Part shown: positions 11,438 to 23,317 of the stretch, one piece after another
Position numbering within the stretch: the stretch's first letter is position 1
How the letters are laid out: every line of letters starts with the position of its first letter
From: Octopus sinensis
Lineage: Eukaryota
Reading direction: 5' to 3'
Assembly: GCF_006345805.1 (NCBI RefSeq)
Contig: NC_042997.1
Location: forward strand, 195,672,001 to 195,736,000
Length of the DNA: 64,000 nt
Made by a program: the position numbers and the translations under genes
The notes under the pieces: generated by a model
Seen by the model: only the letters and a program-made list of their open reading frames with translations
What the model was told of the DNA's origin: nothing
The model's database searches: none

Positions 11438-14015
11438 AAACTTAGATAAACTTAGATATGTTTCGACCAGAGATTGGTCCAGGCCATGTCTAACTTAATA
11501 GCACCACCTGATAGGATTATTCGAATACTGTTTAAGTCAAGTTTTGTTTATGGTCCATTCAAGTAGTGAGTTCTTGTTGGGTTAGTTGTATCAAATTATG
11601 GGTGGCTTATCTGGTATTTTTTGAAGGAATCTATCCAGACTCCGTTTAAAGTTGATGAGATCCTTTTCCTCTTTGATCTCTTTCAGGACAATGTTAAATA
11701 GGGCAGGGTCTGTTGAGGAAAAGAAATTATGTTGCAGTGTACATGTATGCTGTGATCTTGAATTGGGCAGGGGACGTATGGCCCGTGGTCCCAGTCTTGG
11801 ATGAACCTTGAAGCTAATGTTCAGGTCGTTTGGGCAAAGTTGGCGGTATATTCTCCACATCGTACAAATGATGTACCGCTCACGGCGACGCTGGAGAGAG
11901 TAGAGTTTCAAGGCTTTAAGGCGATCCCAATAATCGAGAGCAGCCATGCCTTCAATTCGTTTAGTGAGTGCCCTCTAGGGTGACTCAATCCTCGAGATGT
12001 TTTGTCTTGTATGGGGAGACCACAGTGGGTAGCAGTATTTTAAGTGTGGCCGTACAAAGGAGGAGAAAAGTGGTATGATGACACCTTGTTCTCTGGACCG
12101 GAAAGTTCTTAAGATCCAGGAACTCATCCTATGAGCTATATCGACCTTCTTGTTGATGTGTGCACTCCAACTGAGATCGTCATCAACAATTACACCCAGG
12201 TCTCTGATATTGTTAGAGGCTGTGATCGGTTCCCCTGAAGGAAGAGAGTATGGCTGTTTTAGTGAGGAATTTCTTCCAAAATGCATCAGCTCAAATTTTC
12301 CCTCGTTCAGTTGCATTTTGTTTCTGTCTGCCCATTGACTCACAGCAAATAGACCAGACTGGAGTTGAGTTCGGTCTGCTTCTTCATTGACGATTTGCAG
12401 GAGCTTAGTGTCATCAGCAAATATTTTCCAGTAATGTACGACACTGGAAAGGTCGTTTATGTAAATTATGAAGAGTAGCGGACCCAAGACAGTCCCCTGG
12501 GGGACACCGCTGGTGACTTTTGCTGGGCTTGAGTGGACTCCATCAACTACAACATGTTGCGTTCTATTCGCCAGGAAATACTTAATCCAGTGTAGAACTT
12601 TTTCACGGATTCCAACATTTGCCAATTTTGAGAGTAGGATATTATGGTCTACCCTGTCGAACGCTTTACTGAGGTCAAGATATATGACGTCAGAGTTCGA
12701 ACCTGTTCCCAAGGCTTTGAGTACATCTTCAATGTGGTATAAGAGCTGTGTTAGATAGTCCCTGCCACAGGGAAAGCCATGCTCATTTGCATTTAAGAGT
12801 TTGTGGGTGTCCAGGAAGTCAGCTATCCTTGATCTTAACACTCTTTCAAATACTTTAATGATGTGGGAGGTGAGTGAAATTGGGCGATAGTTGAGTGCGA
12901 GGGATCTGTTTCCCTGTTTGAAAACCGGGATGACTGACTGGGATAGAAATTGTTTCGGTATATAACCTGCGTCTAACGAATTTCTTCAGAGGTTGGTCAG
13001 AGGGACTGCAAGTTGGTGTTTACATTCCTTCAGGAGACTAGCGGGGAATCTATCAGGGCCTACAGCAGAGTAGTATTTGACCTCATTTATTGCTGCTACG
13101 ATGTCAGTGGCACTGAAGGTTATGTCTGAGATTTTATGTTGAGAGTCAACTTCGTTCGCTTCTCTTACGTCAATATCAGTGGGAACACTAAAGACAGAGC
13201 AGTATTGTTTCTGCAGTATTTCTGCTATTTCTTTAGCATCGTGTTGGGGAATGCCGTTATCATCAATCAATGGCCCAATGGGTGAGACAATGGTTCTATG
13301 CTTATTTGCATAAGAATAGAACACTTTTGGGGTCTGTTTGATGTTTTTGATCACCCACTGTTCCTCCACAGCTCTTTGATTTTCAATGGAGGTTTTCATG
13401 TCGGTCTGCAGATGAAGTTTTTCCAGCTCTAGCCTTTTCATTGTTGTTGAATGTGGATGTTGTGTGTGGGAATATTTTAATTGGTTGATTTTTTTGTTGA
13501 GTCTTTTGATGCGCCTGATGAGTGTTTTGTTTTCTTTTTAGGGAGCCGGCTTCTGTTTGTGTTAGTAGATTTCGTGGGAGCGTGTTTAGAGCATGTATAG
13601 GTGACAATGTTTTCAAAGTGCTGCCATGCGGTCTCAATATGGGTGGAATTGAGAGTAAAAGACCAGTCGATGAAAGACAGATCCTTTCTGATTGCTCTCC
13701 AGTCCGCTTTGTGGAAGTTTATGTTGTCAAATGGGTGTCATGGAGTGGGATTGGCTGGTTTGGTTTTTATATGTCGGGAATTAAAATTGCAGAGTACCAT
13801 GTTGTGGTCTGAGAGGAGAGTTTTTTCAACTGAAATACTGTGAACGAAGCTAGAGTGATTGGTCAATACCAGATCCAAGATCGATTTATTCTGTCTCGTT
13901 GGTTCGAGCACTAGCTGAGTCAGGAAGTATTCATCCATTAGATTAAAGAGCAGTTCTGCTGCTGCTCTATCTGATGTAGAGCATTTGCCTAACTTCAGAG
14001 TATTTGTGGGCCAAT
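11438..14015 (-). mobile_element. 5'-truncated CR1/L2-group LINE (APE C-terminus, RT, 3' UTR), frameshifted
   Basis: EPTRQNKSILDLVL...SDHN (APE end); YLDLSKAFDRVDH, SGVPQGTVLGPLLF and FADDTKL (RT); LYSLQRRRERY and FKRSLDRFL (C-terminus); tail (CTAAGTTTAT)2. Confidence 0.95.
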
Positions 14016-14109
14016 ATATATATATATACATATAGAAATATACTTGCATACGTATATATATATATATATATATATATATAGGAAGAAGCAGGGCTGCCAA
14101 ATTCTTCAT

Positions 14110-15890
14110 TTCTTATTTTTTGTCTTATAGAGTTTCATGCAAGATGAGCGAAATTTATGAGTACCTGAAGGAATGGTATCAGAGAATTTACTTAATGTGC
14201 TCGAATTGTATGATTTAATAATAATGTATGATTCTCTAATGCATAAAGTGCATTTTTAACTTATAGGGGAGAGCGTTTGATAGTATAGACCGAAAAATCT
14301 TATAATTAGTGTTGTCATACCTTAAATAATGTACATATAAGGCTAGATACCAGAATTTTTATATTTAATGTCAGAAAATGAATTTAAGTGCGGTCTAGAT
14401 CTTTGTTTGAATTCAGCAGTACTACCTATATATGTTCTATCCTGATATTTATCTGATACTACTGTACATTTATATACTACGTGTTTAAGAAGGCACAATC
14501 CTTCAAGCGGGCATAAATCAATTTCTCTACAGCTACATGTTCTCTCTTTTATTTTTGCTATTATCTATATTTTCTGGAGGTGGGTGGTGGGGTTTCCATT
14601 ATTCAAGTCTACCAGCGAATTGGAGTTATTTTTATTTGATGTTGAATTATATGAATTAGGTGTTCCTGATATATTTATATTATTAATACTAGGTCTCCTA
14701 TCAGTGTTAAAGGCTGTGAGAGTTTGATATTTGATTTTATTCTTATTTATAGGTACTATAACTGATCCTAAATTTCGTATTGTCGAATAAGATTTATTGC
14801 ATAATGGATAGTATTTGTGATGTTTTGGAAAATTATGTTTTAGGATTTTGAAAATTAGTTTCGGTAGAATTTTAACAGCAAAGGAGAATGTAGGGGCAAA
14901 CCAAATTACTTCTCACTTCCTAGATTTATATTGTTTAGATATATCATGTTGTTCTTGAGCAGAGTATGTATTTTTATGGCTGGGGCCAATTTTATATTTA
15001 ATATAATTATAATTACCTGAAGGCCTAATTATTACTAATACGTCACTGAAAAAATGCAAGTATAATTAAGTTAGAATCAGAGTTACTATTGCTAGATAGT
15101 TTTGTTTTAAGTTTAGTATCGAGTATATAGTAAATGTGATTGCCAAAGCCACTTGATTTTAAGGTTTGAGTATAAACGGGTGCATGCGCATTAAATATTT
15201 CCTCATTGGCCGAAAGAGTGGAGATCCTTATCGATATAGCTGTGACTAAACTGTTAATGGTGGATTTAGAATGATTTGAGGAAACATTAATATATTGTAT
15301 TTCCTCATTGGGCTTTCTATATGATAATAAAGTTTAGTATTAAGATCTAAAGTGACCTCTTGGAAATTCATAACTTTGGTGCTCGTATCATATACTATAT
15401 TAAAGTTAAGGAATTCTAGGGGGAATCTTCTTAAGGATTTCTTAATCCTCTCTATCTTCGGTAGCAAAGAGCGCGTCATCCCTATATAGACTACCCAATA
15501 AATTAGGGAAACTATCCTTTATTTGAGACAGGTGGTATACGCCTACTAAATAAGTTATCTGAACCGAGTCTAATGATCGCATGGTTATGTCAAAACAATC
15601 CAATTATGTTCGTTAAAGTTTATTAAAATCTTCCTTGCGGCTAATATCATATCTATATCTGACCTGGAAACGTTGATGAAATTGCATGCAAATATTAATG
15701 CTTTATTTAGAAGGATAGGTGAGATGGATGCATAATAGTTGCAGATGTCAAATTGTATGAACTGGGTATGCTCTTTATCTACAATGGAGTTAAACCTTGT
15801 AATTACATCCCCAGACGAGCCCACATACATTCGCTTTAATTCTGTTTCACAAAAGTCATGTAATGAACCTTATTTGCATCCTTGTAGAGT
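14110..15890 (-). mobile_element. Naiad-like Penelope-like element, degenerate RT + GIY-YIG
   Basis: Manual minus-strand translation gives FIQFDICNYYASIS, FDITMRSLDS, LYRDDAL, VTLDLNT, VIWFAP, CSCREIDLCPLEGLC, VVYKCTV...YIGSTAEFKQR and KCTLCIRESYII. Confidence 0.88.
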
Positions 15891-15988
15891 CATATTACTT
15901 TACTGAAAATTTTCATATACACAATTATTTTCAATTTTTTAATTCTACTATTTTTCAGTAATGATTACTTATGGTTTAAGTCTTTCTA

Positions 15989-16213
15989 AGCTGGCAGAAA
16001 CGTTAGCATGCCGGGCGAAATGCGTAGCCGTTTTCGTCTGCCGTTACCTTCTGAGTTCAAATTCCGCCGAGGTCGACTTTGCCTTTCATCCTTTCGGGAT
16101 CGATTAAATAAGTACCAGTTACGCACTGGGGTCGATATAATCGACTTAATCCGTTTGTCTGTTGTTGTTTGTCCTCTCTGTGTTCAGCCCCTTGTGGGTA
16201 GTTAAGAAATAGG
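15989..16213 (+). mobile_element. SINE family A
   Basis: Head CTGGCAGAAACGTTAGCATGCCGGGCGAAATG, family core, tail ending AAGAAATAGG. Confidence 0.9.
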
Positions 16214-16619
16214 TTAAGTCTTTCTTTATACATTTCGAGCCTGTTTACTGTGACTTAGCTTCCTCCTATATGTTAAATGGCAAGTTTTCAATAGTTTTTA
16301 GATGTGTTCTTCAGGAATGTTTCGGTAAAGACATTATAAAAGAGTAAGAAAATAGGAGGAGTGGAAATATGAGGCAGAAGAAGTGAGAGATAGATAGATA
16401 GATAAAGAGACAGAGAGAGAGGGAGAAATAGAGAGAAGGGGGAGAGCGAGTGAAATGGATGAGTGAGGGGTAAGGTAAGGGGATAAATATTAAGGAAGTG
16501 GAATGGTTAAAATATCAGCCATTAGCAATAAAGGAGTTTTCATCATATAGCGCAAAGTCTATGGATGGTGAAGTATATTTTGTTATAACAGCTGTTTCTA
16601 ATGAAAGAGGCAATGCTAT

Positions 16620-16935
16620 TACACATCGTCAAAGGCCAGCGAGATTGATACCATTGACGCTGTACATGAATGTTTGCAAATCAACATTTACAGGAAAATA
16701 TGAGCAGGGAGAGAATTCCAAAGGAGCGACGGTCTGGGGTAGAAGGACTGGGCGTATAGGGAATTGTGGGAAACGTGGCGCCTGAGGTTGCCCACCAGAA
16801 AGTAACGAGCGGAGGAGAGTTGAACTGGACAGGAACACATGGATGGAAGGGATGCCATGGGATTAATAGATCTGGTAGAAAAGGTAGAGGGAGTAGACAG
16901 CTCGCCAGTGGTCCAGAGGTGGCAACGTACCTATA
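16620..16935 (-). mobile_element. CR1/Jockey-group LINE 3' coding remnant
   Basis: Minus-strand pieces LYLFYQIY, SLYAQSFYPRPSLLWNSLPAHIF and VNVDLQTFMYSVN resemble the SFFPRTxxLWNSLP terminus. Confidence 0.6.
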
Positions 16936-17105
16936 AATGGTTTATAGGTACACTCTTCTGGGTATGGTTTGGGATGTATGTACAATTTGAATTCTTTAAG
17001 GTTGGTACATGAAGAGAAAATCAGGTAGGGAAATATTTAGTAAGGATTTCAGACGTGTGTTTGTACACCCAAGTTTACGCATGTGTTTGTACACTCAAGT
17101 TACGC

Positions 17106-17235
17106 ATCTGTAAATGTAATATGTGACAATTATTCGGTAGCCATGATAAAACTCCGAGTTTCGGATGCCAAGGTGGAAATCCACGCCGCCATCTTTTCAG
17201 TTATCCGGCCATTGGAAAAATGCCATGTCTTTTGT
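17106..17235 (-). mobile_element. PLE pLTR-like fragment with mutated hammerhead
   Basis: Same family as 31231-31418. Minus 17205-17145 reads GATAA-CTGAAAA-GATG...CATC-C-GAAA-CTC-G-GAG-TT-TTATC (core G8 changed to A). Confidence 0.65.
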
Positions 17236-17329
17236 TGTCTTACCTTTTTTATCAATACATATATATATATATATATGTATTTGTGTGTGTGTGTGTGTGT
17301 GTATTATATATATATTTATGTATGTATGC

Positions 17330-17384
<55 letters not shown>

Positions 17385-17958
17385 GAATTGACTTGATGCC
17401 AATCAACTCTGGTTTCTCCTCATCCGGAGCGGACTTTACGCTAGATGTGGTCTTGGTTGTCTGTATGCGTTTTGAATATTTTTAAGTTTGCAGTACACGT
17501 AGGAAAAAGTAGGTAATGATATATTTAGTGAAACTTGCACACTAAGGGGGAAAGATTAAATGACGAGTTGTTAAGGACAGACTTTTTGTTTTCATCTTTT
17601 AATCAGAAAGGACTGTAGTCCCCAGAATCTTCCTAAAGAGGAGCTACGAGAGTTATTCTCAACCGAGAGATCTGGCCTGAAAGCTTGCATGCTTTGTGGT
17701 CTCCACTAAAAGTGTCCAAAAATCAGCTGGTGCTGTTGAACTGGACAACAGAATTAGTTCATCTCTCAAGTAGGCGATGGCGGGATTTGAATACAGAATT
17801 CAAAGAAATGGAACAAATTCTGCAAGACATCTTGGTAGCCGATCTCACTGTTCTAATGGCTTTGGTTAGTATTTTCTGTTATTGATTTCGATAGGATGAA
17901 TGGCAAAGTTGATCTTGGCAGGATTTGAATTCAGCACTCCAAAGACACTGCCTATGCA

Positions 17959-18342
17959 GTATGTAAATTATGGAAGGGTAAGAGGTAAGAAACTCTCAAA
18001 AGTACTGAAGGTCGTTCAGAGAAGAAATCCTATTTAGGCAAGCGTCTCAGCCCTTAACGTCTTATATTCTAAGGTGGACGGGCCGCATCCAGGACATGAC
18101 TCCTGGGTACGCTTCTACTGACACATTTCATCCTCATCGATATGTGAGTTATGGACGGGTAAGAGGTAAGAAACTCTCAAAAGTACTGAAGGTCGTTCAG
18201 AGAAGAAACCCTACTAAGGCAAGCGTTTCTGCCCTTAACTTCTTATATTCCAAGGTGGCCGGGAAGCATCCAGGTCATGACTCCTGGATACGCTTCTACT
18301 GACACATTTTATCCTCTTCGGTATGTGAGTTATGGAAGAGTA
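17959..18342. repeat. 181-bp tandem repeat, 2 copies plus a partial
   Basis: TTATGGA(A/C)G recurs at 17968, 18149 and 18330; the copies differ by scattered substitutions. Confidence 0.9.
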
Positions 18343-18717
18343 ATATTTTGAGAAAGGCGATGGATTGACAGAATCGTTACATTTTACAAGTTTTGTTTCG
18401 GTTCTTTATGTAGTGAGTTCTAATCCTGCCGAAGTTAATTTTGCCTTTTATCATTCCGGGTTAGATAAAAGAAAGTAGTGTTCCAGGAAGTTGGTTTTGC
18501 GAAATTGTTAGAGCATTGCGATATTTGTTTCTCCATCTCTGCATTCTGAATTCGCTTGCTTTAACACTGTATCGGTTCCTTTCTCTTTCGTTTGGTCATC
18601 ATTCGTTTGGATCTCTAGTTAGTAAAGGGAGAGTTTGCACAATAGTGTTGAATGCCTCACTGTTTCTGGGGTTGTGTGTTGATATAAAAAGTAATGTTTC
18701 GGTTTTAAGATCCAAAA

Positions 18718-19236
18718 ATGAACGACATCCTGAAAACACATAAGCTCATCAAATGCAAAAAACAAGACAAATCGCCAAAGAGACTACTAACAAACGCGAA
18801 GCTTTACAAAACGACCACGAAACCAACGGTTGAAAAATGTGGACGCCCGAACTGTGGAACCTGCCCCAACCTGCTTGAAGGCTCGGATTTCCTTTTCAAA
18901 CAAGGACAGAGGTTCACAATTAAAATTAGTTTCACCTGTGCCTCTGAGAACCTAATTTATGTAATAACCTGCTTGGGTTGCGGTCATCAGTACATTGGAC
19001 AAACGAATTTGACTTTGAGAAAGAGAATCACTCTACATAAGGTGCAAATCCGTTTCCCGCAATACAGACAAATCCCTCTCAGTGAACACATAGAAAAATG
19101 TGCAGGTCACATCAAACCAAATTTCACAGTCTTCCCTTTCTACCAGTGCAATGACGCAATCTCTCAAGTAGAACGGTTAAATAAAGAAACGTTTTTCATT
19201 GAAAAATACAAAACACGTCTTAATATGCACGCATAA
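18718..19236 (+). CDS. PLE GIY-YIG endonuclease domain, uninterrupted 172-aa frame
   Basis: CGRPNCGTC linker, FTCASENLIYVITCLGCGHQYIGQT, LRKRITLH, SEHIEKC, KETFFI...LN. Confidence 0.85.
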   Translation: MNDILKTHKLIKCKKQDKSPKRLLTNAKLYKTTTKPTVEKCGRPNCGTCPNLLEGSDFLFKQGQRFTIKISFTCASENLIYVITCLGCGHQYIGQTNLTLRKRITLHKVQIRFPQYRQIPLSEHIEKCAGHIKPNFTVFPFYQCNDAISQVERLNKETFFIEKYKTRLNMHA

Positions 19237-19531
19237 CCAACTTTTATATATTTTTACATATTCCATTCACAATTACATCACTGGACATAAATCCCCTACT
19301 AAACAAGGTTTTTAAAAACCTGTCTCTTTTCTGTACACATATTTAATCCTCACCCATTACCGAAAGCTGAACAGTTATCTCCCTTACACACCAACAATAA
19401 CAATAATAGCAACCAATTACCTCCCTTTATTTGTCTACTTGTAAAGTGATTTACTCGTGAATTTCATCACACACAACATGGACCAAATTTCTTCTTAAGA
19501 AAAAAATATATATTCAAACAAATTAAGCATA

Positions 19532-19566
19532 ATATCATGAATAGCGATAGCGAAACCGGTCGATAT
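19532..19566 (+). ncRNA. Degenerate minimal hammerhead in PLE pLTR
   Basis: ATATC-ATGAATA-GC-gata-GC-GAAA-CCGG-T-C-GATAT: stems intact, two substitutions in CUGANGA. Confidence 0.55.
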
Positions 19567-19630
19567 ATTAAAATTTATATTAAAACCATGTAAGTGTGTA
19601 TATTTACATTTTTTAATTTCTTTAATTTCT

Positions 19631-19662
<32 letters not shown>

Positions 19663-19970
19663 TACACACATACATTGCTACATACATAGCTACTTATATG
19701 TGTGTATGTTTGTGTTGTGTTTGTTTAAATGTATGTGCTTATTTAGATATACATATATAATTTAAACCGGTTCATACATGCACACACACATATAATATAT
19801 ATATACACCGGTGTTATAGCAGGGTTACTAATCGGTACAGTTGAAATATATGTATGTCTATGTAAAGCTGTACATATAAAAAAGAATTAAAAGTAATGCT
19901 ATGCCACTTCGTAATAATCTTTATTGTTGTTGTTGTTGTTGTTGTTGTTGTTCTTCTTCTTCTTCTTCTT

Positions 19971-20001
<31 letters not shown>

Positions 20002-20016
20002 TTATTATTATTATCA

Positions 20017-20623
20017 TTGAGTGAGAGAGCAGTTCATGCCATCAAAGTGACACCGGGGTAAAATATACGAAGCCCAATATACCCATCATGACTACCCGTC
20101 TGATAAAGGTACACCAGGCACATGCATCACAACCATATGTGCGCGACATGGTGATCTCATATCAAGATAAACAGCACATGACCTTGCAGGTGGGGCCCAG
20201 TTAGAATTTTCTTCAGGTTGAGTAGCCCATCCCGCTCAAACGGTCCCTGAATAAGGGTTGTTTAAGGATGTTGAAAGAACCACCCATGTTTCCAGAGGTG
20301 AACTATTCAAACCCTAAACAATCCCTCTCAACACATGACTATGATGCTCCCCCACTACCTCTGCTCGTGATCAGAGATGCAAATATCGTCAGCCACTAAG
20401 GGACATGCTCAACTGGTTAAGGTCAAACAACTGACAAGCAAATCTGTGGTATTGAGCAGAATATTTGCTGCAGCCCATCTTTTATACCAAGACAAAACAA
20501 TGTACATGATAACACTTCCAATCAGTTAAGATCAGGAGCCATGAGAGCCACTACCTGGTACTGCATCAGGGCATTCTTTGCATCAGGGCATTCTTTGCAT
20601 CAGGCATTCTTTGCATCAGGGCA

Positions 20624-20626
<3 letters not shown>
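20017..20626 (-). mobile_element. ~600-bp non-coding retroposon flanked by (AAT)n on both sides
   Basis: GC-richer unique block with an (AAT/AAG/AAC)n tail at left, four copies of a 15-17-bp terminal motif at right, then (ATT)n. Confidence 0.6.
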
Positions 20627-20690
<64 letters not shown>

Positions 20691-20749
20691 TATTATCATC
20701 ATCATCATCATCATCATCATTATTATTATATTATTATATTATAATTATT

Positions 20750-20784
<35 letters not shown>

Positions 20785-20833
20785 TATTATTTATTATTAT
20801 TATTATTATATTATTATTATTATTATTATTATT

Positions 20834-20893
<60 letters not shown>

Positions 20894-20910
20894 TATTATT
20901 ATTATTATTA

Positions 20911-20974
<64 letters not shown>

Positions 20975-21035
20975 ATATTATATTATTATTATTATTATTA
21001 TTATTTTATATTATTTTATTATTATTATTATCATG
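20627..21035. repeat. Compound (ATT)n/(ATC)n microsatellite
   Basis: Direct reading of the sequence. Confidence 0.95.
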
Positions 21036-21171
21036 ATATATGCATGTTGGTATTTTGATTGTAATCTCCCCATTGAATTATATGGATAATACCATACTAA
21101 TTCTGGATCCCTTTAACTTAAGTACCATATTCAACCGAATCTAAATTTTACTGAACTCATATATATATGTG

Positions 21172-21304
<133 letters not shown>

Positions 21305-21319
21305 TATATATATATAGAT

Positions 21320-21381
<62 letters not shown>

Positions 21382-21974
21382 TTAAAAAATATGCTATATT
21401 TGTTCTGCTTATTGATGTAGTTAGAATGCTTTGCTGTGGAAAATGCAAAAAAGAAGGCAAGAGAAATCAATTTCGAACGTATTGATAGATAATTATAAAT
21501 TTGAGCTGCTGCTTTTACTCTCTCACATGTCTGATCAATTGATTACATAGATCGTGTACACAAATATATGCTTTGTTTGTTATGTCATCAGATGCCATCT
21601 GTTTGTTTATACTCGGGGGATTTTCGTTCTATCGATAATCCTTATTACACCGAAAAGTTCACGTCGTATTTATTATCTTGAAGAATTTCATAGTTGATTA
21701 TTTATTCTTTTCTTTAAAAAAATGAATGAAGAGAGGCCTTTTGTTAGTTTATCACATGTGACTATATGATATGTCGATAAGTCTGGTAATGGATAATCAT
21801 GAAATAACTCTGTATTCTCGTAAGCAAATGTAAAATATACGAATATTGATATTATTTTCTGTTCTGTTTTATTTTTTAAATATAATGATATATGAATTCG
21901 TAACATATCGTATTATAAATTTTACTGTCCCTCCCTTTACAGTAAATCACGTATTATTTGTAATCTGGTTTCAA

Positions 21975-23055
21975 ATTGTGGCACAAGGCCAGCAATTTAA
22001 GGGTTAACACCGATCCCAGTGTCCAACTGTACTTACTTCATCGACCACAAAAGCATAAAAAGCATAAAGGCAGAATTTGAACTCAGAACCTAAAGACAGA
22101 CGAAATACTGCGAAGTGATTTGCCCGGCGTGCTCATGATTCTGCCAGCTCACTGACTTTTACATATTCTTTTCTAATGTAGGCACAAGGCTCGAAATTTT
22201 TGAGGCGGGAGTGGGGGTAGTAAATTTGATCGACCACAGTACGCAACTGGTACTCAAATTATCAACCCCGAAAGGATGAAACGCAAAGTCGATCTCAGGG
22301 GAATCTGAGCTCAGAACATAAAAAACAGACGAAATACCTATTTCTTTACTACCCAGAAGGGGCTAAACACAGCAGATGAATTGGAGAAGATGTTAGAGCG
22401 TTGGATGAAATGTCATGCGATATTTATTACGGTGTCTTACGTTTTGAGTTCAAATCCCACCGGAGAGAGCTTTGCCTTTCATTTTCTTGAAGGCTCATAA
22501 AATAAAATAGCAATCAAGGGCGGTGGAATCGCGGAAATGTTTAACGGAATGTATTGTAAACGTAAGAGGGAATTTGACAAAAACGTTAGATGAAATACCC
22601 TATGGTATTTATTCTGGCACTTTGCGTTTTGAGTTCAACTCCAACTCAGCTCAGCTTTGCATTTTATCCTTTCAGGGACCGATAAAATAAAGAATCAATG
22701 CAGAATGGTGAATTCGCGAAAATGTTAGAAATCCGCTCTGGATTCCTAGCAGCATCAGTTTCGAATCATTGCGTTCGGAGTTCAAATCTCCTCTTGAATT
22801 TTAATCCATGCCCAGTTTGAAGGTAATGCCCTCTTCCCTTCTCACCAGTCCTGTAGGCCCTGTAAACGGTCACAAGTGTGGCTAAGGCGGCGAGCTGTCA
22901 GAATCATTAGCACTCTGGACGAAATGCTTAGTGGTATTTCGTCTGCCGCTATGTTCTGAGTTCAAATTCCGCCGAGGTCGACTTTGCCTTTCATCCTTTC
23001 GAGGTCGATTAAATAAGTACCAGTTACACACCAGGGTTGATATAATCGACTTATG
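21975..23055. mobile_element. Cluster of SINE family A copies (minus to about 22375, then plus), mostly degenerate
   Basis: Repeated GAGTTCAAAT/ATTTGAACTC and CTTTCATCCTTTC/GAAAGGATGAAA motifs. Confidence 0.75.
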
Positions 23056-23317
23056 AACTGGAAGCAAATTAGACACATCAACAAACTGTTTCCTTGCAGT
23101 TTCCTTGGGCACAGTTTTATTTTTACAAAGCTTGAGCAGAGGCTAAAGCAGAAGACTCTTACCAAAGTTATCGATCTGTTGAGTCTAACAACATGGTATT
23201 TTGTGATTGAGAATCAGAATTTGATGGGGTGCGTTATACATAACCAGTAAGTAAACTGTTATACCGAGTATTCTACACTATGCACAGGAGTGGCTGTGTA
23301 GTAAGTAGCTTGCTTAC

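Larger units (their letters stand above)
18606..19630 (+). mobile_element. 5'-truncated Neptune/Penelope-like element with inverted 5' segment and pLTR
   Basis: GIY-YIG ORF, inverted coding segment at 18614-18708, and 3' non-coding region with a hammerhead remnant, ending at (TA)n. Confidence 0.85.

Noticed and set aside
14110-15890. Selenocysteine recoding, reported for some Naiad elements
   Set aside because: The conserved Cys positions I could read use TGT/TGC. The in-frame TGA near 14906 sits at a likely Arg (CGA decay), and no SECIS was recognised.
16008-16205. Recurrent peptide SEFKFRRGRLCLSSFR in several ORFs, suggesting a gene family
   Set aside because: It is the translation of the SINE family A core.
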